This document shows positions 47,279-56,345 of a stretch of DNA of 64,000 nt, piece by piece. The DNA lies in the NCBI GenBank assembly GCA_017506175.1, contig JAFVNW010000011.1, forward strand, positions 20,227-84,226, given 5' to 3'. A model generated the notes under the pieces. The model ran no database searches. It had not been told where the DNA came from and was given only the letters and a program-made list of their open reading frames with translations. The position numbers were made by a program, and so were the translations under genes. Each line of letters starts with the position of its first letter. The stretch's first letter is position 1. The stretch comes from Bacteroidales bacterium. GTDB lineage: Bacteria > Bacteroidota > Bacteroidia > Bacteroidales > WCHB1-69.

Positions 47279-47351
47279 GCGGTAATAGCTCAGTTGGTAG
47301 AGCGGCAGCTTCCCAAGCTGCAGGTCGCGGGTTCGAGACCCGTTTACCGCT
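47279..47351 (+). tRNA. tRNA-Gly (anticodon CCC)
   Basis: GCGGTAATAGCTCAGTTGGTAGAGCGGCAGCTTCCCAAGCTGCAGGTCGCGGGTTCGAGACCCGTTTACCGCT. Acceptor is GCGGTAA/TTACCGC, the anticodon stem-loop is GCAGC-TTCCCAA-GCTGC and the discriminator is U. Confidence 0.9.
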
Positions 47352-47429
47352 CACTTAAGTGATTCGAAATATGTGATCTGTGAACCGCTTGGTCACTATT
47401 CGACAATCACACTAATCCCAACCAATTCC

Positions 47430-48287
47430 ATGAGCGACGACGTAAGAATGGGAGGTTTTGAAATCCTGCCTCCCGTAGTGAAGAACCTTCTGATTATCAA
47501 CGTACTGTTTTTTCTGGGTACGCTGGTTGCCGAAAAATTCGGAGTTGATTTGAATGCATGGCTCGGCTTGCACTATTTCAGCGCGCCCGATTTTCATGTG
47601 TGGCAACCCCTGACCTATATGTTCATGCATGCCAACTTCGGACATCTTTTCTTCAACATGTTCGCCTTGTGGATGTTCGGAGCAGCGGTAGAGAACTACT
47701 GGGGGGGAAAACGTTTCCTGGTTTTCTACCTTATCACAGGACTCGGTGCAGGCTTCACACATTTTGCCGTCTTCGCGCTTACCATCCAGCCCAACCTCTC
47801 CCTCATCAACGCATTCCTCGCCGATCCGTCGTTTGCCAACTTTGAAAATCTCTACAATGGGCTTACCATTCTCAAGGAGATGCCCGCCCAGGCTCAAAGT
47901 GTCTGGCAGCAGACCTACCTGAATCTACTGCAATCGCCGAACGATACCACTTCACTTAACGAAATCGCGCATCAGGTCAGTCTCTTCCGCGACAACTACC
48001 TCAATGCCAACACGGTCATCGGCGCTTCCGGTGCGGTCTTCGGCGTGTTGCTAGCCTTCGGGATGCTATTCCCGAATTCCCAAATCTACATCTACTTCCT
48101 GCTCCCCATCAAGGCGAAATGGTTTGTTGTAATCTATGGTGCCCTTGAACTTTTTTACGGCGTCACTGGCACGCAGGAGGGCGTCGCCCATTTTGCCCAC
48201 CTCGGTGGCATGATTTTCGGCATCATCTTGATTTTGCTCTGGCGAAAACATGACCGCAACTACACTCAAAACGAGTGGAACTACTAA
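47430..48287 (+). CDS. Rhomboid-family intramembrane serine protease
   Basis: The start was moved to the ATG at 47430 (the track start is GTG, 21 nt after the tRNA). Multi-TM protein with HANFGHLFFNM, catalytic Ser GASGAVFGVLLAFG and catalytic His AHLGGMIFG. Confidence 0.85.
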   Translation: MSDDVRMGGFEILPPVVKNLLIINVLFFLGTLVAEKFGVDLNAWLGLHYFSAPDFHVWQPLTYMFMHANFGHLFFNMFALWMFGAAVENYWGGKRFLVFYLITGLGAGFTHFAVFALTIQPNLSLINAFLADPSFANFENLYNGLTILKEMPAQAQSVWQQTYLNLLQSPNDTTSLNEIAHQVSLFRDNYLNANTVIGASGAVFGVLLAFGMLFPNSQIYIYFLLPIKAKWFVVIYGALELFYGVTGTQEGVAHFAHLGGMIFGIILILLWRKHDRNYTQNEWNY

Positions 48288-48299
48288 AAGTGCCCAACA

Positions 48300-49220
48300 A
48301 TGAGAAAACAATACGCCAACCGATACAACCCCTCCCCCTTGCGCAGTCTCTGGGAGCGAATCAAACGATTCCTCACTGAAAACTCAGCACTGAGCAACCT
48401 GCTTATCGCCAATATCGGCATCGCCATCCTGATGTGGACCGCGCAATCAACCGTAAAAATCGTATGCGCATTCTGGAACCTCTCTTTTGATTTCCACCAA
48501 TGGGTGTGGCCCTACGTCGCTTTCCCTGCCGATGTAAACACCTTCCTGCACCACCCGTGGACACTGCTCACCAGTCTGTTCATCCACAACGGCTTCTGGC
48601 ATCTACTCTTCAACATGGTCATGCTTTACGTCATCGGACGTTTTTTCCTGCAATACTTGAGCCAGAAGAAATTCCTGATTACCTACTTCATCGGAGGAGT
48701 GGTCGGTAATTTTTTGTACATGCTGGCTTTCAACATCATCCCCACATTTACCCGATTGGCGCCTGTTGCTTCTTGCGTGGGTGCTTCGGGCGCCATCATG
48801 GCCATCATGCTGGCAATTACGCTTTATCGCCCTAATCACCCCATCGGTCTGCTCTTCATCGGCAGAATCACACTCAAGTGGGTGGCCATCATCTTCATTG
48901 TCATCGACCTGCTCAGCATCGCCGACGGGCAAAATGCGGGCGGACACTTCGCCCACTTGGGAGGCGCTTTGTACGGAGCGGCATCCGCACTCTTCTTTCA
49001 TCATCCAATGAAAGAGTGGAAAATCTTCTCCAAGAAAGTCAAATTTGAAAAGCGGAAAGGGAAATACTACTCCTCCCGCCCCATGTCGGATGAGGATTTC
49101 AACGCAAAAAAGCACGCGGACGAACAAAGGGTGGATGCCATTCTTGACAAAATATCCCAAAACGGCTACGGCGCCCTTTCCAAGGAGGAGAAGGATTTTC
49201 TTTATAAGTACAAACGTTGA
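48300..49220 (+). CDS. Rhomboid-family intramembrane serine protease (second copy) with cytoplasmic C-terminal extension
   Basis: 306 aa with HNGFWHLLFNM, GASGAIMAIMLA (Ser) and AHLGGALYG (His). It has a basic/acidic tail of about 60 aa ending DAILDKISQNGYGALSKEEKDFLYKYKR. Confidence 0.85.
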   Translation: MRKQYANRYNPSPLRSLWERIKRFLTENSALSNLLIANIGIAILMWTAQSTVKIVCAFWNLSFDFHQWVWPYVAFPADVNTFLHHPWTLLTSLFIHNGFWHLLFNMVMLYVIGRFFLQYLSQKKFLITYFIGGVVGNFLYMLAFNIIPTFTRLAPVASCVGASGAIMAIMLAITLYRPNHPIGLLFIGRITLKWVAIIFIVIDLLSIADGQNAGGHFAHLGGALYGAASALFFHHPMKEWKIFSKKVKFEKRKGKYYSSRPMSDEDFNAKKHADEQRVDAILDKISQNGYGALSKEEKDFLYKYKR

Positions 49221-49235
49221 TAAGTAATAAGAACA

Positions 49236-50390
49236 ATGGCAAAAAGCGCAAACACCAAGACGATTTTCTTCTGGATTCTGATGGCTTTGAACATCATCGC
49301 GGGGGTGCCGTTGCTGCTGGCGTTCTTTGCAGGCTTCACCCCACCATCGTTTTCGCGGATTATTTTCTGCGCAAGCATCGGATTCCTCTATCTGCTAGTG
49401 GCCAACTTCGTGATGATTGTCGCTTGGTTTTTCATCAACTACAGATTCGCGCTCATCTCCGTCTTTCTAATATTATTGAATATAAATAATATAGACAGAC
49501 ATTTCCAATTCAACGCCACCGATGTGCCGGAAAAAGTGCCCGGTGCCATCAAGGTGATGAGTTACAATGCGCAACTGTTCGGGCTATACACAGACAGCGA
49601 TATGGATAAGCGACGGGCCGACAACAGCAAAGTCATGGCCTATTTGCGGGAGGAAAACCCCGACATTGTGTGCTTTCAGGAATACTTCTGGGACAAAAGC
49701 GAAAGTCTCAACTTCCACACAACCGACACCATCCTCACTATTCTCGGACTGGACGACAATGAGAACTACTACTACCAATACTTTCCTGATACGCTACGCA
49801 ATGCCTACTACTATGGTCTGGCTATTTTCAGCCGATACAGAATCGTGAACACAGGGGTAGTGCCCACCGACAGTTCCTCCAATGCAATCATTTTCATAGA
49901 CTTCAAGTTCAGAAGCGACACCATTCGGCTGTACAACGCGCACCTTGCCTCGCTGCACATGAATGCCACCGACTACGAAACCAGCCGACAGGTGACCAAT
50001 AACGAATACAACGATCCTGCCTTCGACAAAAATGCGAAAAGGCTGCTCCGCAAACTGACCGACGCCTCCATCAAACGCCAAAAACAGGTGGACTCACTGC
50101 GCAAGCACATCGACGAATCACCCTATCCGGTCATCTTATGCGGCGACTTCAATGACACGCCCGCCAGCTACTGCTACAACAAAGTCGCCCACAATCTCAA
50201 GGATGCCTTCCGCGAAAGCGGCCGCGGCTTCGGCTACACCTACCATGGCATCAACATGCCGCACTACCGCATCGACTGCATCCTGCACGACAAGAGGTAC
50301 ATCTCATTCGGCTATACCGTTGGCACTCAGCTGAAAGTCTCCGACCACTATCCTGTTCACGCCACCATATCGTTGCAAAAAAGGCTGTAG
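49236..50390 (+). CDS. Membrane-anchored endonuclease/exonuclease/phosphatase (EEP) family protein
   Basis: 384 aa with 3 N-terminal TM segments followed by EEP motifs VMSYNAQLFG, DIVCFQE, ILCGDFND and SDHYPVHA. Confidence 0.85.
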   Translation: MAKSANTKTIFFWILMALNIIAGVPLLLAFFAGFTPPSFSRIIFCASIGFLYLLVANFVMIVAWFFINYRFALISVFLILLNINNIDRHFQFNATDVPEKVPGAIKVMSYNAQLFGLYTDSDMDKRRADNSKVMAYLREENPDIVCFQEYFWDKSESLNFHTTDTILTILGLDDNENYYYQYFPDTLRNAYYYGLAIFSRYRIVNTGVVPTDSSSNAIIFIDFKFRSDTIRLYNAHLASLHMNATDYETSRQVTNNEYNDPAFDKNAKRLLRKLTDASIKRQKQVDSLRKHIDESPYPVILCGDFNDTPASYCYNKVAHNLKDAFRESGRGFGYTYHGINMPHYRIDCILHDKRYISFGYTVGTQLKVSDHYPVHATISLQKRL

Positions 50391-50682
50391 GCAACGAAGG
50401 ACAAAAAAGCAAAACAATGGGAAAACCACCCTGAAAAATTACATTTTTAAGTGATTCGGAAAAAATACTGACATTTTCCCAAAATCCACAAATAGAAAAT
50501 TCGCCTTTTTTCGTCCAAAATCTACAGCGACCGTCGTTTTTCATTCAAAAACAACAAAAAACAAAATAAGAATAAAGCATTGATTATTAATCAATAAAGT
50601 AAAATAATAACAAAACAACCATAACAGAATGTTAAAAAAAGATAAAAAACAAAACGCGGTGATTCTTTAATGAAAATTGTAG

Positions 50683-50690
50683 TATTTTTG
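50683..50690 (+). promoter_or_regulatory. -7 box TATTTTTG for lipoprotein gene 50733
   Basis: Matches TAnnTTTG, 43 nt upstream of the ATG. Confidence 0.5.
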
Positions 50691-50732
50691 CGGCATCAAA
50701 ATTAATTACTAACCAATTAAAACAAAAGCAAA

Positions 50733-51284
50733 ATGAAAAAGAATTTTTTAAGCATCGTTGCTATCGCATTAGTAAGCGTACTTGCTTTCGCTTCTTGCAA
50801 CAAGGACAAACAAATGAGTGATTATCTGAGCAACAAGAATGGTTGGAAAATGACTTCCGTAAAATGCACGCATGAATTGCACCTGCAAAACAACACCACA
50901 ATTGCTGCCAACACCGAACTTTTGGACGGTGACTATGCTAACGGCACTGGTTATTTCTATGCTTATGAAATCGACGACATCTACAAATTCGTTGCCGATG
51001 AAAAAACTCCCACCGAAGGTGCTGAATACCTCAATGGTAACAAGAACCTTGGCGAAAACGCTCAAACCGCTGAAGACAAGAAATTGGGCGACTATGTAAT
51101 TAACAACGACACCAAGATCCTCGGCCTCTATCTGCCTTGGGCTCCTACCGCTTTCACCAGCGCAAGCATCAAGACTTTGGATGCTAAGACGATGGAACTC
51201 ATCTGCAACTACACTGTTCAAGCTGACAACGCTAAATTGGATCCGGGTGAATACACTTTCACTGTTAAATTCGCTGCTGAATAA
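50733..51284 (+). CDS. Small lipoprotein (lipocalin-like?), function unknown
   Basis: 183 aa. The signal and lipobox are IALVSVLAFASCNKD. NGWKMTSV resembles the start of lipocalin-like domains common in Bacteroidota. Confidence 0.55.
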   Translation: MKKNFLSIVAIALVSVLAFASCNKDKQMSDYLSNKNGWKMTSVKCTHELHLQNNTTIAANTELLDGDYANGTGYFYAYEIDDIYKFVADEKTPTEGAEYLNGNKNLGENAQTAEDKKLGDYVINNDTKILGLYLPWAPTAFTSASIKTLDAKTMELICNYTVQADNAKLDPGEYTFTVKFAAE

Positions 51285-51335
51285 TAGAATCAATAAAAAG
51301 AACCTTATTAAATAACCAATTAAAAAAAGAAAAAA

Positions 51336-51650
51336 ATGAAAAAAGTATTCTTAGCATTATTAGTAGCTGGTTTATTCGTTGCTTGCGGCAACAAAAACAC
51401 TGAAGCTGAAAACACTGACAGCACTGCAATGGATTCCGTAGTAGTTGAAGAACCCGTTGTTGAAGCTCCTGCTGTTGAAGCTGAACCCGTAGCTGAAGTT
51501 CAAACCCCTGCTCCCGCTGAAAAAGAACAAACCGTTGGTCAAGTTGCCAAAGAAGAAGGCGACAAGCTGGCTAAGGAAGCCATCAAGGCTGGTGCTCAAG
51601 CTGGTAGCAATGAACTCAAAAACGTTGCTAAACAAAGCCAAACCCGCTAA
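51336..51650 (+). CDS. Small low-complexity lipoprotein, function unknown
   Basis: 104 aa. The lipobox is LLVAGLFVACGNKN, followed by a Glu/Ala/Val/Pro-rich repetitive sequence (VVEEPVVEAPAVEAEPVAEVQTPAPAEKE). Confidence 0.5.
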   Translation: MKKVFLALLVAGLFVACGNKNTEAENTDSTAMDSVVVEEPVVEAPAVEAEPVAEVQTPAPAEKEQTVGQVAKEEGDKLAKEAIKAGAQAGSNELKNVAKQSQTR

Positions 51651-51671
51651 TCTAATTAGCTTTAATTAAAG

Positions 51672-51701
51672 AACGGGAGATTCATTCTCCCGTTTTTTTT
51701 T
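51672..51701 (+). terminator. Rho-independent terminator after lipoprotein pair
   Basis: Stem AACGGGAGA (51672-51680) / TCTCCCGTT (51686-51694) with a 5-nt loop, followed by a T-run of 9. Confidence 0.85.
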
Positions 51702-51703
51702 GC

Positions 51704-51711
51704 TATTTTTG
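51704..51711 (+). promoter_or_regulatory. -7 box TATTTTTG for T9SS type-B protein gene
   Basis: It lies immediately after the terminator and 105 nt upstream of the ATG at 51816. Confidence 0.45.
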
Positions 51712-51815
51712 CAACCTTTTTACAGAAAAACCGTAAACTTGCCTTGGTTTATAAAATCATAGGCAACATTCACGACATAATTTTGTAGAGAATATTACGC
51801 AAAATCTTAAGCAGC

Positions 51816-54425
51816 ATGAATAGCAGACTTTTACACAACGCTAAATTGTTCTTGGCGCTTTTGTTGACAGGGGCTCTTACGCTACAAATCTCCTTTGCAC
51901 AATCCACGCAAGGCACCGACTTCTGGTTCACCTATATGACCAATAACAGCACTCCTGAATCCACCGACCTGATTCTGTCGGCACAACGTGCCTGCACCGC
52001 TACCATCTCCAACCCCAATACCGGCTGGACCACCACCGTATCCATCGGCGCCAACGCCCGTGCCGACGTGGTCGTTCCCATGGCCAGCGGCTATATCACC
52101 AACAATGAAACGATTGAATTCAAAGCCTGTCACATCGTAGCCACCGACACCATCTCCGCCTACTCCATGAATTACAAAAACGCCTCTTTTGACGGAGGCA
52201 ACCTACTGCCTACCAACACATTGATGGACGAGTACATGATACAGACGTGGACTACCGACCTCGATGGTAGCGAATTTGTCATCATAGCAACCGAGAACAA
52301 CACTGTCATTGACATTACCCCGTCGGCACTGACCTCCGGGGGCCACGCTGCAGGTGTCACCTACAGCATCACCATGAACCAAGGCCAGACCTACCAGTGC
52401 AAAACCTCCTCCGAATCAGCCACTTTCACGGGCACGCACATCAAAGCCCGCGACTGCAAGAAAATCGCAGTTTTCGCCGGCCATGAATGCGCCCGCGTGC
52501 CCTACGATTGCACCTACTGCGACCATATCTACGAGCCCATGCTTCCGGTCGCCTATTGGGGCACCCACTTCATTCCCACCCTTTCGTATGGAAGAACGAA
52601 AGATGAAGTCCGTATAACCGCTTTAAACAACAATACTACTGTTCATAAAAACGGGGTGCTTGTCGCCACCCTTCAGGCAGGTGGTCACTACGATTTTGAA
52701 ATGAACACCTCCAACCAGTCCTGCTTCATTGAAACCAGCGGCCCCGCCGTCTGCTACCTCTACCTCGTCGGTCAAAGTTGCGGCGGCACTGATGGCGACC
52801 CGTCCATGGTACTCATCAACCCCGTGGAACAGCACATTAAACAAATCACTTTTGGTACTTACCAGCCCTCCGGCTATACATACAACCACTACGTGAACAT
52901 CGTGACCCCCACCATCAACGTACCGTCCGTGACGATGGACGGAACGAGCATCTCCAGCTCCTTCAGTGCCGTTTCCGGCAATGCGCAGTACTCTTTCGCA
53001 CGCATTCCCGTGTCGCACGCTGGACACACCCTCCGCTGCGATAGTGGACTCGTGGCCCACGTTTACGGATTGGCGAATGTAACCTCCTACGCCTATGCAG
53101 TTGGAGCCTCGGTGCGCCCCATCAACGCACCACAAATGTTCGTCAATGAGGTAAATGTAGCAGACATCCCCGAGAACCAACAATATTGCGCCAATAGAGA
53201 CATCGACTTTGAACTGCAGGTTGATGGGGATTTCGGCGATATCATTTGGGACTTCGGCGACGGTACCTCTGAAATAGGCAATCCCGTCTCCCACCTCTAC
53301 CCAAGTGATGGACAATATCGCGTAACAGCCTATATCTCGGGTATTACCATAGGATGTCTTTCCAGCTTGGGCGACACCCTATTCACCATTGTCAACATTC
53401 CCCCGCCAGACCCGATCCCTGTTTATGAAAGCATCTGCGAAGGCAACACCTACGACTTTTACGGGCGGATCCTCACGGAATCAGGTGTGTATTTGGACAC
53501 GCTGACCACTGGTTCGGAATGCGACACGGTCATTGAACTACACCTGTCGTTCATCCCGCAAGATCCTATTCAGATTTACGACACCATCTGCCCAGGTGAA
53601 AGCTACTTCATGAATGGCAACTTCTACAGCCAACCCGGCATCTATTACGACACCCTCGCCACCTCAGGCGGCTGCGACAGCATCTTGGAACTCCACCTCA
53701 TTGTATCGCCCGTTCCCAGCGTCAACTTGGGCAGCGACAAGGTATTGTGCGGTATGGAAGAGTTTCCCGTGCTGCTCTCGCCTGCAGTGACTACGGCCGG
53801 AACCAATCCGCATTTCACATGGAGTACTGGGGAAACCACGCTCTCCATCAACGCCCATCAACCGGGAATATTCTCCGTAACTGTCACCAACCAAGCAGGT
53901 TGCGTTGGCAGCTCTTCCGTGGAAATCCGGCTACAAGATGCCATTAGCATCAGCGTGGAACAGACCTCCGACTTCTGCGATGACGGGATCACTACCCTCG
54001 TAGCCACCACAAACGCCCCCAATATTCGTTGGAACACAGGGGAAACCACCTCAGAAATCGAAATCCACGCTTACGGCAGATACAGTGTCAAGGCGTATGA
54101 CGGTGCCTGCGAAGCCGACACGGCCATCGATATCCTGCGATGCCCATTCGACCTTTATTTCCCGAACTGCATCTCCGCCTCTTTCGACGATGGGATGAAC
54201 GACCAGTTCCACATGTACGGAGTTGAACTCGTGTCCGAGTTTGAAATCTGGATTTACGACCGTTGGGGCATGTTGGTATTCCACTCCAACGACCCGCATT
54301 TCCACTGGGACGGCATCATCAACGGAAAAGTCGCTGCCAACCAAGTGTTCTCGTGGCGAGCTTTTGCCACTCCTAAAACCGAAAAGAAGAAATACGCCTT
54401 GAATGGCACCATCATCGTTCTATAG
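51816..54425 (+). CDS. Large secreted multidomain protein with T9SS type-B (gliding-motility-associated) C-terminal domain
   Basis: 869 aa with a signal peptide. The N-terminal TQGTDFWFTYMTN... resembles an IgGFc-binding-protein-like N-terminal domain. A PKD-like module reads WDFGDGTSEIGNPVSHLYPSDGQYRVTAYI. Two Cys-framed repeats of about 45 aa follow (IC.G..Y.F.G......G.Y.DTL.T..GCD....L.L). Three W.TGETT...I......Y.V.......C modules come next. The C-terminal FPNCISASFDDGMNDQFHMYG...IWIYDRWGMLVFHS...HWDGIINGKVAANQVFSW is a type-B CTD. Confidence 0.8.
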   Translation: MNSRLLHNAKLFLALLLTGALTLQISFAQSTQGTDFWFTYMTNNSTPESTDLILSAQRACTATISNPNTGWTTTVSIGANARADVVVPMASGYITNNETIEFKACHIVATDTISAYSMNYKNASFDGGNLLPTNTLMDEYMIQTWTTDLDGSEFVIIATENNTVIDITPSALTSGGHAAGVTYSITMNQGQTYQCKTSSESATFTGTHIKARDCKKIAVFAGHECARVPYDCTYCDHIYEPMLPVAYWGTHFIPTLSYGRTKDEVRITALNNNTTVHKNGVLVATLQAGGHYDFEMNTSNQSCFIETSGPAVCYLYLVGQSCGGTDGDPSMVLINPVEQHIKQITFGTYQPSGYTYNHYVNIVTPTINVPSVTMDGTSISSSFSAVSGNAQYSFARIPVSHAGHTLRCDSGLVAHVYGLANVTSYAYAVGASVRPINAPQMFVNEVNVADIPENQQYCANRDIDFELQVDGDFGDIIWDFGDGTSEIGNPVSHLYPSDGQYRVTAYISGITIGCLSSLGDTLFTIVNIPPPDPIPVYESICEGNTYDFYGRILTESGVYLDTLTTGSECDTVIELHLSFIPQDPIQIYDTICPGESYFMNGNFYSQPGIYYDTLATSGGCDSILELHLIVSPVPSVNLGSDKVLCGMEEFPVLLSPAVTTAGTNPHFTWSTGETTLSINAHQPGIFSVTVTNQAGCVGSSSVEIRLQDAISISVEQTSDFCDDGITTLVATTNAPNIRWNTGETTSEIEIHAYGRYSVKAYDGACEADTAIDILRCPFDLYFPNCISASFDDGMNDQFHMYGVELVSEFEIWIYDRWGMLVFHSNDPHFHWDGIINGKVAANQVFSWRAFATPKTEKKKYALNGTIIVL

Positions 54426-54465
54426 CTATCAGCTAAACTGCTAATAGCTAATAGCAAAACCACCT

Positions 54466-54511
54466 GGCCTTGTTTGGAAAAGAATTTTGTACCTTTATAC
54501 TAAACAAGGCC
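54466..54511 (+). other. 10-bp inverted repeat downstream of the type-B CTD gene
   Basis: GGCCTTGTTT (54466-54475) / AAACAAGGCC (54502-54511) with a 26-nt loop. It may be a terminator or regulatory hairpin preceding the PPIase gene. Confidence 0.45.
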
Positions 54512-54556
54512 ATTATTCGTTTTAGCACCGACGTTTAACCGAAACTATACGATAAC

Positions 54557-56302
54557 ATGAAGAAACTTTTTGGGATTGTCCTTTTCCTGTTCGGATTTTG
54601 CTTGAATTATATGCAGGCGCAGAGCAAACAGGATATTCTAGTTAAAATCGGCGAGGAGAATGTCACCGCCGATGAATTCTTAAAAGCATACGAGAAAAAC
54701 AACCGGTTGGACACCGCTTCGGAAGCCAGCCTCCGCGAGTATCTGGATTTGTACATCAATTTCAAGATGAAAGTTCAGGAAGGCAACGCCCTCCAGTTGG
54801 ACACTTCCAAAAGATTCAAGATGGAGTTGAGTTCCTATCAGAAGCAGTCGTCACAACAATTCCTTATAGACAAGGAAGTTACCGAAGAGTTGGTGTCAGA
54901 GGCAATTGACAGGGCCAAACAGAACATCCGCGCTTCCCATATCCTTATCAACTGCGGCGAGAACGCCTCACCGAAAGACACGCTGAGCGCCTATCAGAAA
55001 GCCATTTCCATTCGCAACGAGATTTTAAATGGAAGCATCTCTTTCGCAGATGCCGCCGTCAAGTATTCCGACGACCCCTCCGCCCGCGATATGGTGAACC
55101 CCCAAACCAACCGCCTGCACTTCGGCAACAAAGGAGATTTGGGCTATTTCACCGTTTTTGACCTGATTTATCCTTTCGAAACCGCCGCCTACAACACAAA
55201 AGTCGGCGAAATTTCAATGCCCGTCCGCACCAAATTCGGCTACCACCTCATCCAAGTGGTGGATAAAATTCCCGCCATACAAGACATTACCATCGCCCAG
55301 ATTTTCATCAACGACTCTTTGGCTAAAGGTGACATGCAATCTGAAACCACCGCGAAAAAACTCGCTGAAATTCAAAACCGCCTGAAACAAGGTGCTGATT
55401 TTGAATCCCTTGTCGCCCAATACACGGATGACAAGAACTCCATTGAAAAGGGTGGACTGCAAGAGCCTTTCGCGCTCAACAGCCGGCAGGGCGATTTTGT
55501 CAAAGCCATCCTGAAGCTGAAAGAGGGCGAGGTTTCCGAACCCCTTCGCTCCCAATTCGGATGGCATATCGTCAAGTTAATAGGAATCAAGCCCGTAGTC
55601 ATTGATGAAGACATGGCATACAACATTCGCAGCCGCTGTGAAAGAGACTCCCGCTCCCACAAAAGCAAAGACGCCTTCATCAACCGACTGAAAAAAGAGT
55701 ACAATTACAATGAAAGCGGCCGCGAAAAAGCCATCAAGTTCTTCCTTAAGAACATGCCGGATGAATTCTTCCAAGTGAAAGATGCCGACATGTCAAACAC
55801 CAAGGGCATCGATAAGCTGAAACCGATGGCAACTTTCGCCGACCAGACCATCACCGCCAAGGAATATGCCAAGGAGTTCAAACGTTACCGCGGCATCAAC
55901 CTCTCCCGAAACGAATTCCTTCCTTTCTTGGAGGAACGCTTCGACATATACATTCAAAAGAAACTGATGGGGTATGAGAATTCTCGCCTGATGGACAAGT
56001 ACCCTGAATTGAGGGATTTAGTCAAGGAATTCCACGACGGAATGGTATTGTACGAAATCAACACCTCCAAAGTCTGGGCCGCCGCCGTCCAGGATTCCAC
56101 AGGCCTCGAGAATTTCTACGAAATGAACAAGGCCAACTATGTGGATTCCAATACACAGGAAGTGAAACCGCTTAGCGAAATCCGCGCCATCGTCATCACC
56201 GACTATCAGGAGTATTTAGACGAAAAATGGATTTCCGAACTGCGCAAAAAATACAATCCTGTCGTTGACGAAAAAGTATTTTCTCAACTTTTGAAAAAAT
56301 AG
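54557..56302 (+). CDS. Periplasmic peptidyl-prolyl cis-trans isomerase (parvulin/SurA-PpiD-like)
   Basis: 581 aa with a signal peptide. Two parvulin-type segments are present: RASHILI...GDLGYFTVFDLIYPFE...GYHLIQVV and ...LRSQFGWHIVKLI. Confidence 0.8.
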   Translation: MKKLFGIVLFLFGFCLNYMQAQSKQDILVKIGEENVTADEFLKAYEKNNRLDTASEASLREYLDLYINFKMKVQEGNALQLDTSKRFKMELSSYQKQSSQQFLIDKEVTEELVSEAIDRAKQNIRASHILINCGENASPKDTLSAYQKAISIRNEILNGSISFADAAVKYSDDPSARDMVNPQTNRLHFGNKGDLGYFTVFDLIYPFETAAYNTKVGEISMPVRTKFGYHLIQVVDKIPAIQDITIAQIFINDSLAKGDMQSETTAKKLAEIQNRLKQGADFESLVAQYTDDKNSIEKGGLQEPFALNSRQGDFVKAILKLKEGEVSEPLRSQFGWHIVKLIGIKPVVIDEDMAYNIRSRCERDSRSHKSKDAFINRLKKEYNYNESGREKAIKFFLKNMPDEFFQVKDADMSNTKGIDKLKPMATFADQTITAKEYAKEFKRYRGINLSRNEFLPFLEERFDIYIQKKLMGYENSRLMDKYPELRDLVKEFHDGMVLYEINTSKVWAAAVQDSTGLENFYEMNKANYVDSNTQEVKPLSEIRAIVITDYQEYLDEKWISELRKKYNPVVDEKVFSQLLKK

Positions 56303-56345
56303 AGTGGGGCTTTTGAAAATATCCGACCATAAAGTATTAGTAGGG

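Noticed and set aside
47355-50460. Direct repeat TTAAGTGATTCG just after tRNA-Gly (about 47355-47366) and again after the EEP gene (about 50449-50460), reminiscent of attL/attR of a tRNA-integrated island.
   Set aside because: It is only a 12-nt match, and on the order of a hundred such chance pairs are expected in 64 kb. There is no integrase or mobility gene between the copies, and the enclosed rhomboid/EEP genes look like core genes. I judge it coincidental.
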